From NCBI GenBank assembly GCA_964188305.1, contig OZ076885.1: a stretch of 64,000 bases of DNA; one strand, given 5' to 3'. Positions 35,579-47,136 of the stretch are shown one piece after another. The notes under the pieces were generated by a model. The model saw nothing but the letters and a program-made list of their open reading frames with translations. It did not search any database and was not told the origin of the DNA. Within the stretch, counting starts at the first letter, position 1. Every line of letters begins with the position of its first letter. Both the position numbers and the translations under genes were made by a program. The DNA comes from Podarcis bocagei (taxonomy: Eukaryota).

Positions 35579-35945
35579 CAGTGGCGGAGGAAGGGGGTGC
35601 GGGGGATGTGGTCCACCCCAGGTGTCATCACTGGGGGGGGGGTGACAAAATGAGTTTTTAAAAAATTGAGCTTACAAAACTTTTTAGGAGTGACGTGGTG
35701 GTTTAGGCGTCTGCAGGTTCTGCACTGCCTGAAACGGCAGCGTGGGACTTGCGTCTGCCTACTGCCTCTTCCTCAGCCACCCTACAACTGAGAGGGAGAC
35801 ATCGGAGAGGCTCGCCACACCCTCATGTGTGGATTGCCACACCCCCATGGGCAGCTCGCCACGACCCCACGGGCAGGAATCGCCCCACCCCCAGCTGTAG
35901 GAGACCCCCACACACCAGGCACCCAAGCGGCTGGTTACGCCGCTG
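35579..35945. mobile_element. Non-autonomous hAT element
   Basis: TIRs CAGTGGCG ... CGCCGCTG. Perfect 8-bp TSD CCTACAGG (35571-35578 / 35946-35953). Confidence 0.85.
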
Positions 35946-38036
35946 CCTACAGGAGCTCAGTTCACACTAGGATGCACATGAACCACCTCCCACTATGACG
36001 ATCGTCACTCTGTCATGGAATTTGCACAGAGCTACATTGGAAGAGCAGGTTTCGGAGCCCAAATACTTGCACCACAGCCCACCAGCTGTTCAAGCTAGTA
36101 ACAAACACACCGCCCAACCACTCATCATGCTCAATTGCATATTCTAAGCAAAGTACATTCTGTCGGTGTTTCTGGGCTCAGCATCTTCTTCACTTAGACA
36201 ATTTTGGCTACATCCAGAAAATGGCAAATTTCCAGCTTCCCATGCCTGCACCCTCAGTACATGTAACATGGAGTTGTCCCTTGATTATCTGCATTTTCCT
36301 TGAACCCATCCAAGCAGGTGGTATACACACTCTCTTCTGTATCTTTATATTTCAGTGTGTGGGCCTTTCTATGCCTGCGTTGTGTGTCCAGCAGTCTATA
36401 ATTTTGGCCAGCTGTCTCCTTGTGCATCCATTGCAATATCCTTTCCTTGGGCAAGGAGCAAGTTTATGTCTCTCCTCCTCTATGTGCCCTTTCCAGCCTT
36501 CTGCTTAATGGCAGCTCCTCTCTCTTCCTCCTGGCTCATGTCTTTCTCTTGGCTTCCTGTAGAGCTCCACCTCCTTACCCTAGGTGTAGCAATTTGCCTG
36601 CCCTGGATAATTTGAGCTCCCACATTCTTGTGAGTGCTGCAAACACTGACACAGGGAGATCATTGATTTGTTTGTGACTGTGTCATAAGTGTCAGTTGAC
36701 ACGATGAGACCACTGAAGCAGCCCATATCATCCTTGGATCTTCTGGAGAGCTTGCAATAGCCTTCCTGAAAAATGAGGGGAGGGGCATAAAATCAGGCAT
36801 GTTTTGAATGCAGCCATGGAGCTAGGAGTGGAATGTTTTGCTCACAGGACCCTGGAAGAGGGCACATTTGTATGTGTATGCAATAAGACAGTTGCTTCCT
36901 TAATCACATTGCTTATTTGTAGCAATGCTGCTGTGGGAACAAAATGGAAACCAATCAATGGAGGGGATTTCCAAGGGTGCTACCACTTATCAGTTTCCCT
37001 CTGTGTGGTAAATAAAAGTAATTTGAAAAGCAGCTGCCACGTTATGCCCAATATGAAATGGCACCGGGAGGCATAATTGATGACTAGCCAAAACAGCATT
37101 GCCCAAACCTATCTGGCAAAAGATGAGGTGTTACAGAGTTAACGAACTGTTGCCAAGTTTTGAACTAAAGACCTAACCTGGCCCAGGCAGAGTGCCCCAA
37201 TTCTGCTCTTTCCCTGGGCCCTTGTGAGACATCCAGTTCTCAGGTTTCTTGGGAACTCTGCATACACTGAGGCTGGCAGAGAAACCATCTGGCTGTACGT
37301 CATTTCAGAAATTGCCTGTCAAGGAAAGCAAACAAAGGTGGTTGCCTCTTTGTGAAAGGGAATGTTTGTATTTGGAGAAGGTTAATGGACTGGAGAGGCA
37401 GGAAGAGAGTTTGCAAGAAGTACCAGCACAGACCAACCTACAGCCCATGAAGCTTCAGTATGCCCTTTCCAGCTCAATCCCATATGTATTGACACAGCAC
37501 AGAAATGGTATTTAAATACTCAGAAGGAGAAAGACATGTAGTTCCATATGGGGTCTTTTGGTGGTGGGGAGATGGTCCATCCAAATGGAAGGGGTGTGTG
37601 TGTGTGTGATAATCTTAAATCCAGAACCAGGAAAGACCCTGAGTGAGGATGAAGTGATATGGTGGGTGTTTTATTTATTCATAGAGTGTGACATAGAAAA
37701 GGGACATGCCCATCTCCTCACAGGGTTAACAACTTAAATGTCAATAAAGGACAGGGAGAGAGGAGAGAAGGGACAGAAGAAGAGAAGGTTGCTGAGTCCA
37801 AAGGCTCGAAATAAACATTGAAAAAGCAAGTACGTAAAGCTGGTTTGGGATTCCACAGGGGTAAGTTGTAGGGGGAATCACAGAAATGAGATGGGTTATC
37901 AGAGCAGTACTGGAGGTTTAGCCCTCAGTTCTCTAGTTCTGCCATGAGCTATGTTTTTCCTCCTTGTCTTGAATCCTGTACGTATTTCTGTTGTCTCCAA
38001 AGTGTATGCCTAATGTGCTTCTCCTATCTCTCCCAG

Positions 38037-38172
38037 ATTGCCCTCTGGTGGCAAAGCGGTAAACACAGCTCCTGTGCCAGGACAGACACAACACGAGGAG
38101 CCTGACCATAAAACAGAGCCTCGCTCATCCGTCTCAGACCTCGTAAACTCCCTGACCAGTGAGATGCTGATG
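38037..38172 (+). CDS. SYT7: SYT7 constitutive linker exon (136 nt): [45 protein letters not shown]
   Basis: CCCAG acceptor ends at 38036 and GTGAGT donor starts at 38173. Phase 2 in, phase 0 out. Confidence 0.97.
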
Positions 38173-38300
38173 GTGAGTGCTATCAGGGTTGCTCAGTATA
38201 ATAATAATTCACAGTATATATTCCCATAAAGTCTGGAGGAAGCAAGGTCTTTATTCTGGATTAGGCACATCTGACCGTATTCCTTTTGTGTTTCAGAAGT

Positions 38301-38302
<2 letters not shown>

Positions 38303-38350
<48 letters not shown>

Positions 38351-38366
38351 CACACACACACACACA
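38303..38366. repeat. (TC)n(CA)n compound microsatellite, 130 nt downstream of a SYT7 donor
   Basis: Direct reading. Confidence 0.95.
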
Positions 38367-38814
38367 TGGCAGGAAGATTCAACTAACAAGTCCCACTAGC
38401 CTGCACAAGGACTTCTGCTAGTGCAATGCCCCCCCCACTTTCCTCCCCTGCAACCCATCCCAAAATTGGCTTGGGGGTCAGGAGAACCCCCAGAACGGTG
38501 CACAAGAGGGAAGGAGGGGATCATTCTGTCTAGCAAACTGAAAAGCATGCACTGACAGAATGATTGTTGTAGTGCTTAGCTGAATTCCTCCCACTGTGTG
38601 TATGTGTGTGTTCTAAATGAATTCAGCCTCCACTTCCAGAACAGTGAGGCCGAGACTTAAATCCAGTCTTAAGTTCTTGTCCTACCCTACACAGATGACT
38701 CTGGAATTGGAACTACTTACTGCTTTATTTGCAACATTTTTATACCATCTGACTGTTATCTAAGTTATCTGACTGTTGTACAATTTTTAAAATATAAAAA
38801 CACAACATTCAAAA

Positions 38815-39011
38815 GAGCCAGTGTGGCATAGTGGTTAGAGTATTGGAGTGTAGGGCCTAGGGACCAGGGTTTAAACCCCAATTCAGCCATAAAGGTTACT
38901 GGGTGACCTTGGGCCAGTCACCGCCTCTTAACCCAACTCACAGGGTTGTTTTGAGGATAAAATGGTGGCAACACCTTGGAGGGAAGGTAGGATATAAATG
39001 TAATAAATAAA
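38815..39011 (+). mobile_element. tRNA-derived SINE with L2-like tail (Squam3/MIR-like)
   Basis: TGGCATAGTGGTTAG A box, GGTTTAAACC B box, CTGGGTGACCTTGGGCCAGTCAC core and GATATAAATGTAATAAATAAA tail. Related copies at about 48177 and 40650. Confidence 0.7.
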
Positions 39012-39019
39012 TGAAATTA

Positions 39020-39600
39020 AAAAAAAACAAATTAAATCTACATCAGAATAAAACCAACAGCAGAGAAATAGCACTAGCCAAGATATAAAAACAGGGTTTT
39101 AAAAATAAAAAAGTGCGGAACTAAGAAAAGGTCTCCACTGTTGCCAAAAAACTGCAATGTAGATGCCAGGCAAGCCTCTCTGGGGAAGGCATTGTGCAAC
39201 CAAAGTGCCATCCTGGTGTTGATTCAGAAAAAGGCCCTCTCCCTAGTGGTCATCCATCTCACTTTATTTGGGAGAGTACCTGAAGAAGAGCCTCTGAAGA
39301 TGCTTTTAGGATCCAGGCAGGTATATCTGAGAGGAGATGATCCTTCAGGTAACCTGGCTCCAAGCCATTGAGGTCATTAAATGTTAATACTGGCACTTTC
39401 AAGTTGACCCAGAAACAGTCTGGCAGCCAGTGCAGATGGCAAAGCACTGGTGTAGTAGGAACATATTGGCCAGTCCCTGTTAACAATCTTGCTTCCCTAT
39501 TGTGGAACGCCTCAAGTTTTTAGTCTGTTTTGTAAGAGAGCCTCAGGTAGAATGCATCACAGTAATCTAAGCAAGAAGTTACTGGAGTGTGAATAAGTGC
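39020..39600 (-). mobile_element. Degraded L2 LINE 3' ORF2 fragment
   Basis: PVLCHLHWLPDCFWVNLKVPVLTFNDLNGLEPGYLKD aligns by eye with the young L2 PVLYQLHWLPVEYRIRFKVLVLTFKALYGLGPSYLRD. Confidence 0.8.
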
Positions 39601-42454
39601 AGCTAGGCTATTTGAGTTTCAGGCCCAAAGTGCATGAAACGCAGGAGATCCGTGATTGGATCACCCTTTGTTGTTTATTACCCTTAAACTGCTGTTGGGG
39701 TTCCAAATCTGACTGGGGAAGCAGCACAGCGCAAAATATTATGCCTTTCTCCTCAAACCATTTCCCACAACTTAAACCTCACCGCCGAAGCTGCCGTTAG
39801 CTCTGCTGAATAGGGGGACATACACTCCGATGAAACACAGACGCTATCTATGAGAAGGGTCTCCCAGCTTTGTGTCCGAACCCTCCCAGCACTAGCCATT
39901 CTGTTTTCATCCAGGGTTACCCAATATTTTAATTTCCTAGATTTGGGGGCTCCCACTGCTTTGCATCACCATTAGCTGAGCAGGTTCTTATGTTTGCCCT
40001 GTTCAAAAATAATAAAAATAAAAAACCCCTCTCTTGAACTCTTCACTGTATCCTTATTGATTTATTCGGGGGTGGGGATAATGAAACAAAGTTTCCAGGG
40101 TTATACAACGTTCAGACAGATGTGTTTGCATAGGGGATAAAAGCAGTGGAGTGACTAGCAATCCAAATTTAAATCTGTTTTGAACATTGCTAGCTGTGCG
40201 TCAGGTCCATTATTGAAATTTGTGGTCAATAAGCTGCTATATTTCAAACATATTAAGGTGAGTTCATGTATTGATTTTCAACAAAGAAAAAGCCTGTTAC
40301 CTTCCTGCTTGTTTTTCATTTATATATACTTCCCTAACGTAAGAGGCAATGATCTATTATCAACTGTTCCATAATGATATACTTTATGCATTCAGGTGAC
40401 CAAATGATAGCTACAATTATTGCACTTGGCCTCTCTATTACACCCCTCTTTTGGCCTGAAAGGTCAAAGAAAAATTCACTCTGGATTGCTACAAATGGTC
40501 TTTTAGTGACTTTGTCATCATTTTAAGAACTCTGCAGAGAAAAGTAAGACTGGCAAGTTTTTGGAAGGAATCATTTCACATGTTATTAAGCCACCATAGC
40601 AGCTATTTTTCTCCTTTCTCTAGACACCCTTGTGTGTGGTAGGACTCCGAAGCTAGTGTGGAATACTCTTAGTTGAAAGATTTGTAAATGGAAGAGACAG
40701 GGTTCAAACTTGTGATCACCTATGAAGCTTACTGGGACAGGCAAAGTCCCTGTTTTTTCAGCCTAACCTGCTTCACTAGCTTGCTGTGAAGATAAGATGG
40801 TGTGAATTCAATGTTCTGTGCACCAGTCCAAGCTGCTTGGGGAAGTGCAGGATACCAGTGTGCTCCCACTGACGCTCTTTATGCCTTGAAAGTGTTTCTT
40901 TATGTATTGCCTGTGTCCCTCACTATCCACCCCACTTCTTCCCAGTGGGTCTCCTTATTTCTAGCACTCCCACTCTTCTAGTCTCCACCCACTTCCCATC
41001 AGCTAGTTCCTGTTTGCTGGGAAATATTAATGAGCTGGTCTGCAGAGAACACAGCAGGCGTGGAACTGTCTGCTGGGTTCATTAAATCACAGGCACAGTT
41101 GATCCCTGGGATGCAGCCATTTGAGGGGGGCCCTGAGGCAAGGAGTCAAAGAGGGTCCCATCGCACACATGGAACATTAACTTCTGGACTTTTGCCTTCA
41201 TAAATGTATCAAGCCTAATTCATAAGTGCCTCTCTTTGTGCTCCATGTCCACTTTAGACAGAAAGTAAATGTATCTGTACGATGATTTTTAATATGTCAG
41301 CCAACGTGTATTTATTTATTTATTTATTTATTTGTACCTAATGTTTCTTTGGTCGGTTTTGTTGCCAGACCCCTGGCAATGGTTGGGAGTTAGAAAATGG
41401 TTCTAGTATTAGTCTTTCCGTACTGATAGTTTCCTTTGACTGTAGTTGGAAGAAGGGCTTTTTAGCTTAGAAAAAAAAGACAAATAACAGAGCAATCCAA
41501 TTCAAGTTACACCAGCTGATGGGGACAGAGAATCTGGAGGAAATGCTGCTACTCTGGCCAAACACCACATGCATCACTACCCTGGCAAACACACCAGATG
41601 CTATGCTGGTGCGTCTGCAGTGGTGGTGAACGCATGTCAGGAAACTGGCCCAAACAAGGTGGAGTTGTGAGGTAGATGGAGGTGACCACACATTTATGCC
41701 ATATTCTACACTCCTGTGGCCATGCCTCCATTGATGACACCACCTCCAGACCTGGTGCAAGAAATTTCCTCCCCACTGATTTCAGGGGAAGGCATGTAAA
41801 ATAACTGCTCTCCCATCAACAAATGCTCCACACACATTGCCATGGCAGAGCACAGAATATGATTGGACTCGGCGCTCACTCGCAGCCTACCGCCACCAGT
41901 GTAAATTCATACAAGAACTTGAGATTCCAGGCATAGACACCCAACAGCTACCTCCACTCCTACACCTGGAGATGTCAGGACAAAGCACCCCACACAGGTA
42001 AGCAAGGAAAGAGGGAAAGCATGCTTCAAGTACTGTACAACTGCTGCATCTGTCTCCTGTGTATTCCCCATCGCACCCTTTCTCAGTCAAGGGCCACATT
42101 GCCTTAAGGGGAAATGGTTGGTGGCCCACCTATTGGTAGTAGACTGGCGAAAAATTAGTGGGTGACAAAAAAAAAAAATTGTTGGTGACACCACTTTCTC
42201 TCTCTTTATGACATCTCTTTTTCTCTCTGTGGGTCCATTTCTCCCCTTCACAATCCATTCATTTCTCTCACACAACAATCCCACCTACCCACTTCTGTGT
42301 ATACAGGCATGCACCCCATTCATTCACCATCCATATATTCTCTCTTCTATTATCCCTCACAAACATGCACTATCTAACCAAACACCACACCCAACTATCC
42401 ATCCATACACACAGCCAATCCATATACTTGCCCATTCATTCATTCATTTGTGCG

Positions 42455-42460
42455 CACACA

Positions 42461-42502
<42 letters not shown>
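42455..42502. repeat. (CA)n(GA)n compound microsatellite
   Basis: Direct reading. Confidence 0.95.
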
Positions 42503-42820
42503 CTGACCTAGGATCAAGTTTTTTCTGTTGCCCACTTCTGCACTTTCCTGGTTCACACTCCTAGCCAAACCCATTATCCATCATTATCTCCTCCTTTTTT
42601 GTTTTGGCTGGCCTTCCCCAGCCCACATTTCAGTCATTCATTCCCCTCTCTGCACCTTTCACCCATTGGTTTCTTCATTATTCTCCTACTTTGTTTTCTC
42701 CAGAGGGAAAGAGAGAAACTATCAAACAGGCAGACAGGAAAGCTTCCTGTACTCTGGTTCTCACACTCTGTGGTTGACCATCCAAGCTTGCAATCAGTTG
42801 GCTTGCCAGCCTGCCAATCA

Positions 42821-42821
42821 G

Positions 42822-42868
<47 letters not shown>

Positions 42869-42890
42869 CCTCTCTCTCTCTCTCTCTCTC
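42821..42890. repeat. (TC)n microsatellite
   Basis: Direct reading. Confidence 0.95.
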
Positions 42891-42917
42891 CTTGTCCATA
42901 TTTGAGCATTCTAGATT

Positions 42918-43245
42918 CAGGTAGGTAGCCGTGTTGGTCTGACGCAGTTGAAATAAAAAAAATAAAAAATAAAAAGTAGCACCTTATAGACCAACTAAGT
43001 TTGTTCTGGTTATAAGCTTTCGTGTGCATGCACACTTCTTCAGATACACTGAAACAGAAGTCACCAGACCCTTATATATAGTGGGAGGGTGGAGGGTGGT
43101 ATTTCTCAAAAGGGTAGTAGGAGATGGGTGATTGGCTCAAACCATACCCATTGCACCCATTTTGTGCATGCACACAAAAGCTTATACCAGAACAAACTTA
43201 GTTGATCTATACGGTGCTGCTTTTAATTTTTTAATTTTTAATTTG
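42918..43245. mobile_element. Second Penelope-like remnant with an inverted partial terminal repeat
   Basis: Starts CAGGTAGGTAGCCGTGTTGGTCTG like the copy at 12247, with an inverted partial copy at about 43163-43235. Flanked by a repeated ATTTGAGCATT (42900-42910 / 43248-43258). Confidence 0.75.
43010..43047 (-). ncRNA. Minimal hammerhead ribozyme-like motif, antisense to SYT7
   Basis: The reverse complement reads GTAT-CTGAAGA-A-GTGTG(CATG)CACAC-GAAA-GC-TT-ATAA. Confidence 0.5.
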
Positions 43246-44002
43246 ACATTTGAGCATTGTTTAGTCCACTTCCCCCCCCCATTTGAATTTGATTGGAGTA
43301 GTCCACTCAAGCACATATCTGAATTTGTATATGAGGAGCAACTTCTGTCTTTCTCATTCATACTAGTAGGTGCTCTCTTTTGTGTTTGTCCCTGCCTTCT
43401 AATTTTTTGATTCAATTATGCTGCTTAAGTACCGACAGAGCATGTGCACAGGTAGCTGCACATGCACTTTGTTTTTGAGAATCCCTGCCCCCATCAGGAA
43501 GTGCACAAAAGCACCAACATCAGGCAATTGTAAATTCTCAGCACACCTCTCTTTTGCACCTTTCTGGTTTTGTGCAAACATGGGGGATCCAAAGGGGGGA
43601 AATCCATTCCGAAGCACATTAGAAATAGTTACAAGCATGGCCCTAAAAGAAAGGAAACCAATTGTAAATTGTGTGGAGCAGTTTGGAGCCCGTTTTACTC
43701 CAGTTTATTTTATTATCCCTGTTCTCAGGTAACCCTGAATTTACACGGGGGATGTGCAGAGATTTGTGTTGTTGAGGGTATTATCATGCAGCCTGTGCAA
43801 ATTAAATGGGAAGGCAAGCAGCTGCAAACACACAGTAAACTCCAGTGTGGACAAACTTTCTCTCTTTCTCTCTCTCCTCATGGTGCTTAGATTGCTATGG
43901 GCCAGATGAAACCACAGAAGGGCAAAATAGGAGGAGGCAAATGGATGAGAGGCCACAAGCCAGGTTGGAAGGCTCCATAAGCCCTAATCCCAACCCCTGC
44001 TA

Positions 44003-44430
44003 CAGTGGTGCCTCGCAAGACGAAAAGAATCCGTTCCGCGAGTCTCTTCGTCTTGCGGTTTTTTCCTCTTGCGAAGCAAGCCCCTTAGCGGATTAGCGCT
44101 ATTAGTGGCTTAGCGGGCTTAGCGGATCAGCTGATAAGCGGTTTAGCGGCTTAGCGGATCAGCTGATAAGCGGCTTAGCGGATCAGCTGTTAAGTGTCTT
44201 AGCGGATCAGCTGATAAGCGGCTTAGCGGCTTAGGATCAGCTGATAAGTGGCTTAGCGGCTTGGGAAAAAGGGGGAGAGGGGAAAAACCCTGCAGGAACT
44301 CACAAGACATTTTCGTCTTGCGAAGCAAGCCCATAGGAAATTCTTTTTGCGAAGCACCTCCAAAACGGAAAACCCTTTCGTCTAGCGGGTTTTCCGTCTT
44401 GCGAGGCATTCGTCTTGCGGGGCACCACTG
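44003..44430. mobile_element. Tc1/mariner-type MITE with an internal minisatellite
   Basis: TA-flanked TIRs CAGTGGTGCCTCGCAAGACGAA ... TTCGTCTTGCGGGGCACCACTG. Confidence 0.88.
44084..44262. repeat. Minisatellite, unit about GCGGCTTAGCGGATCAGCTGATAA (24 bp) with 8-bp CTTAGCGG sub-repeats
   Basis: Five GATCAGCTG-containing units are directly visible. Confidence 0.9.
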
Positions 44431-45126
44431 TATATGTGAATTCTTGGTCTTGTCTGAACTATATTGCTGTAACACTCTTTCCCTTCAACAGTGGGGAACA
44501 ATGTCTCCCACTCACAGGAGGCATTCAAACCCACAAACAGGTAAGCTCTTTGTTGGCAGAAGCCAACCATTGCCACTCTTGGCTGATGAGCACCATTGAC
44601 TTGCAGGATCACAACTCACAAAGTTCCTCTGCCACCCACACAAGGGATAGATACACGCAGCTATTGCAGTCCTTTCATCCCCCATATTGAGCGGGGCAGG
44701 GAGCCTGAGCACAGGTGGCTACAGGGTGCCCTCTGTCTCACCCCCTCACAAGCACTTCCTGTGCATCCAGGACCAGGGACTATGAGCTCCAGATGCTGAC
44801 TACTGCTTGATGCTCTCTGTCTGTCTCTCTCAGATGCAGGATCCATCTCATACTCCGTTCTATGCAGGCCACGAGGGAGAAATACCCCATGACCAACAGC
44901 AAGGACTGGGATAATGAAGTTGTTAACTTACTTCCCCCAGGCAGGCTCCTGCACTGTTCCAAGCTCTTGCAAGCTCTTTGACAGACAGTTGTGCAACAGG
45001 TGAAGGTGTTTCTGGCTTGGAGACCCTGTATCTGCCACCCTGCTGTCTGCCGAGACGCAGTCCAAGGCACTGGAACCTTGTTGGGCGTCTGCTTGGCAAT
45101 GTCATCTATGTACCTTTCCCTTTCAG

Positions 45127-45162
45127 GATCTCCATCGTCCTGGATGCTAATCAATAAAGGCT
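45127..45162 (+). other. Candidate 36-nt stop-codon (poison) cassette exon of SYT7, reading EMLM|DLHRPGC*
   Basis: Acceptor CCTTTCCCTTTCAG ends at 45126, donor GCT|GTGAGT at 45163, and in-frame TAA at 45148-45150. Predicted from splice signals only. Confidence 0.45.
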
Positions 45163-45739
45163 GTGAGTTTGCCACATGTGCGAGGAGGCATTAGATAGGG
45201 CTCCCTTGACCCCTCCCTGCAGGATCTAGCTTCAAGAATGGACTGGGAGCCAGGGAGTTTGCTGGGTGCAGGAACAGCGGCCTGTGCACTCAGGTTCCCT
45301 GGCCTATGGGGGGGCAGACTGCTCAGGAACATGCAGAGATTATGACAGCCTTTGACTTTGCACTACATACCCAGTGCCATCCAGAAGAACTCCAGTGCAG
45401 TTGTTTGTTTCTCAGAGCTGGGTCACACATGCATGTATATCTCTTGACAGCTGTACGCACGCTGCTTTGCGGTTCTTAATTAGGCTATATAAAAAAAGGC
45501 ATCCCTCACATCAAAGATGGGCAATGTAGTGTCATGTGCTTCCCTCTTGTGGTAGAACTAGGAAGAGCTATGCTATAGAAGCAAGGTGCAGTTGCTATAG
45601 GGAGGAGCAGGAACCTTGTGATACCTAGCTGAATGTTTGATTCCCTTAAGATGCATGTGGTGCAGGATTGTCACACATGGTGGTGTATACACAGGATTCT
45701 TGCCCATAGGGATTTTGTAAAATGTGATGCAGCCCTAAA

Positions 45740-45940
45740 GGAAGATAAGGCTATTGATGGCTGTGTTCTACCTCCATGGACAGAGGCAGTATGCCTCTGA
45801 ATGCTGGGAATCACAAGTGGGGAGGGTGCTGTTGCCCTCAGGTCCTGCTTGCAGGCTTTCCACAGGCATCTGGCTGCCCAGTGTGAATACAGGACACTGG
45901 ACCAGATTGGACTTTGGCCTGAACTAGCAGGGCTCTTACA
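45740..45940 (+). mobile_element. CR1 LINE 3'UTR fragment
   Basis: GAGGCAGTATGCCTCTGAAT hairpin and a GGACCAGATTGGACTTTGGCCTGAACTAGCAGGGCTCTT terminus typical of squamate CR1 tails. Confidence 0.55.
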
Positions 45941-46689
45941 AAGGAAACCTTACAAAGAGCGGCTTTGGGAGTCTTGTGCTTGGAACGTGGCTTCCCCACC
46001 CTTGTTCTCAAGCAATTCTATATAAACCACTAAAATAATAACACACAAATCTAAGGGTGCCTCCAGGCTCAAAATTTTGTGGGAGGGATTCAAGCCCATA
46101 CAAATACTTTAGGTTGATACAATTCAAGCAGATTAAAGTTCTCTTCTGCCCTAGTGCAGCAAATCTGCTTCTTTTAAAAACCTGGACTTTTTCCCATTTG
46201 GGAAGTGAAGGGGAAATGCATTTTAAAGTACTGGATGACCCAGGGATTAACGGGAACACCCCACAAGCAGATCAGGATGAATGCTCACTGTCGTATAACC
46301 AACCTGTAAAAATCAGAATGAATGCTTAGTAAAGACCAGATCTACTCTAATCACCACAAATGCTTTTGCAATCAAATAAGGATGAGTGCTGAATAAACAG
46401 GTCCTCTGCAATCAAAAAAGGTCATCTGGAGCAGCCCTGAATGCTAACATACACACGCACTCCCCAAAGACCCAGGGCCATAAAAATGCCTTAACCTATG
46501 TTATGAAGACAATCTCCCCATGGACCTCATGGGGGTGAGTATGACATAGATGGGATGCCACAACAAAAAAGCACCACACTCAGAAGGTGCCAACCTCACC
46601 TGTAACAGGGAAGGCTCCCAGCACAGAACATATTGAGTTAATTCTGGCAAGGGGGCGGGGAGTTCAGTATGAAAGGAAGTCATTTAAGG

Positions 46690-47136
46690 CAGAGGTTTTC
46701 AACCTTTTTGAGTCCATGTCTCCCTTGACCTTCTTTCTGATGCACCCCTGTGGGGCTCAGGAGCCCAGTTATGCCACCCTTGCCTGCAGAGCCGGCAGCC
46801 TCTCACCCTTTTTCAAACACTCCCCCTTGGGGAGTCTTCCCTCAGCCTCCTCTCGTCTCCCCTCCTTGGGAGTGCTCTGGCAGCTAGTTCTGCTGCCCCT
46901 GGTCCCTGAGCTGCTCCCCCCACCCCAAGAGAGATGCCTCCCAGAAGCACCATTTGCCTGCAGAGCTTGTAGCTAGTGCTGCTGTAATAAACAGCTGTGC
47001 AAGCCTTTGGGAGGCAGAGACGTGAGAGGCCATCAGAAGGGGAAGAAAGAGGGACAGAGGCCAGTGTTGCCCGTGGCACCCCTGACCATCATTCAAGGCA
47101 CCCCAGGGTGCCACAGCACACTGGTTGAAACCACTG
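46690..47136. mobile_element. Non-autonomous hAT (Charlie-like) element
   Basis: TIRs CAGAGGTTTTCAACC ... GGTTGAAACCACTG. Perfect 8-bp TSD ATTTAAGG (46682-46689 / 47137-47144). Confidence 0.88.

Noticed and set aside
44084-44262. Regularly repeated units resembling a CRISPR array
   Set aside because: These are tandem repeats with no unique spacers, in vertebrate DNA and inside a MITE.
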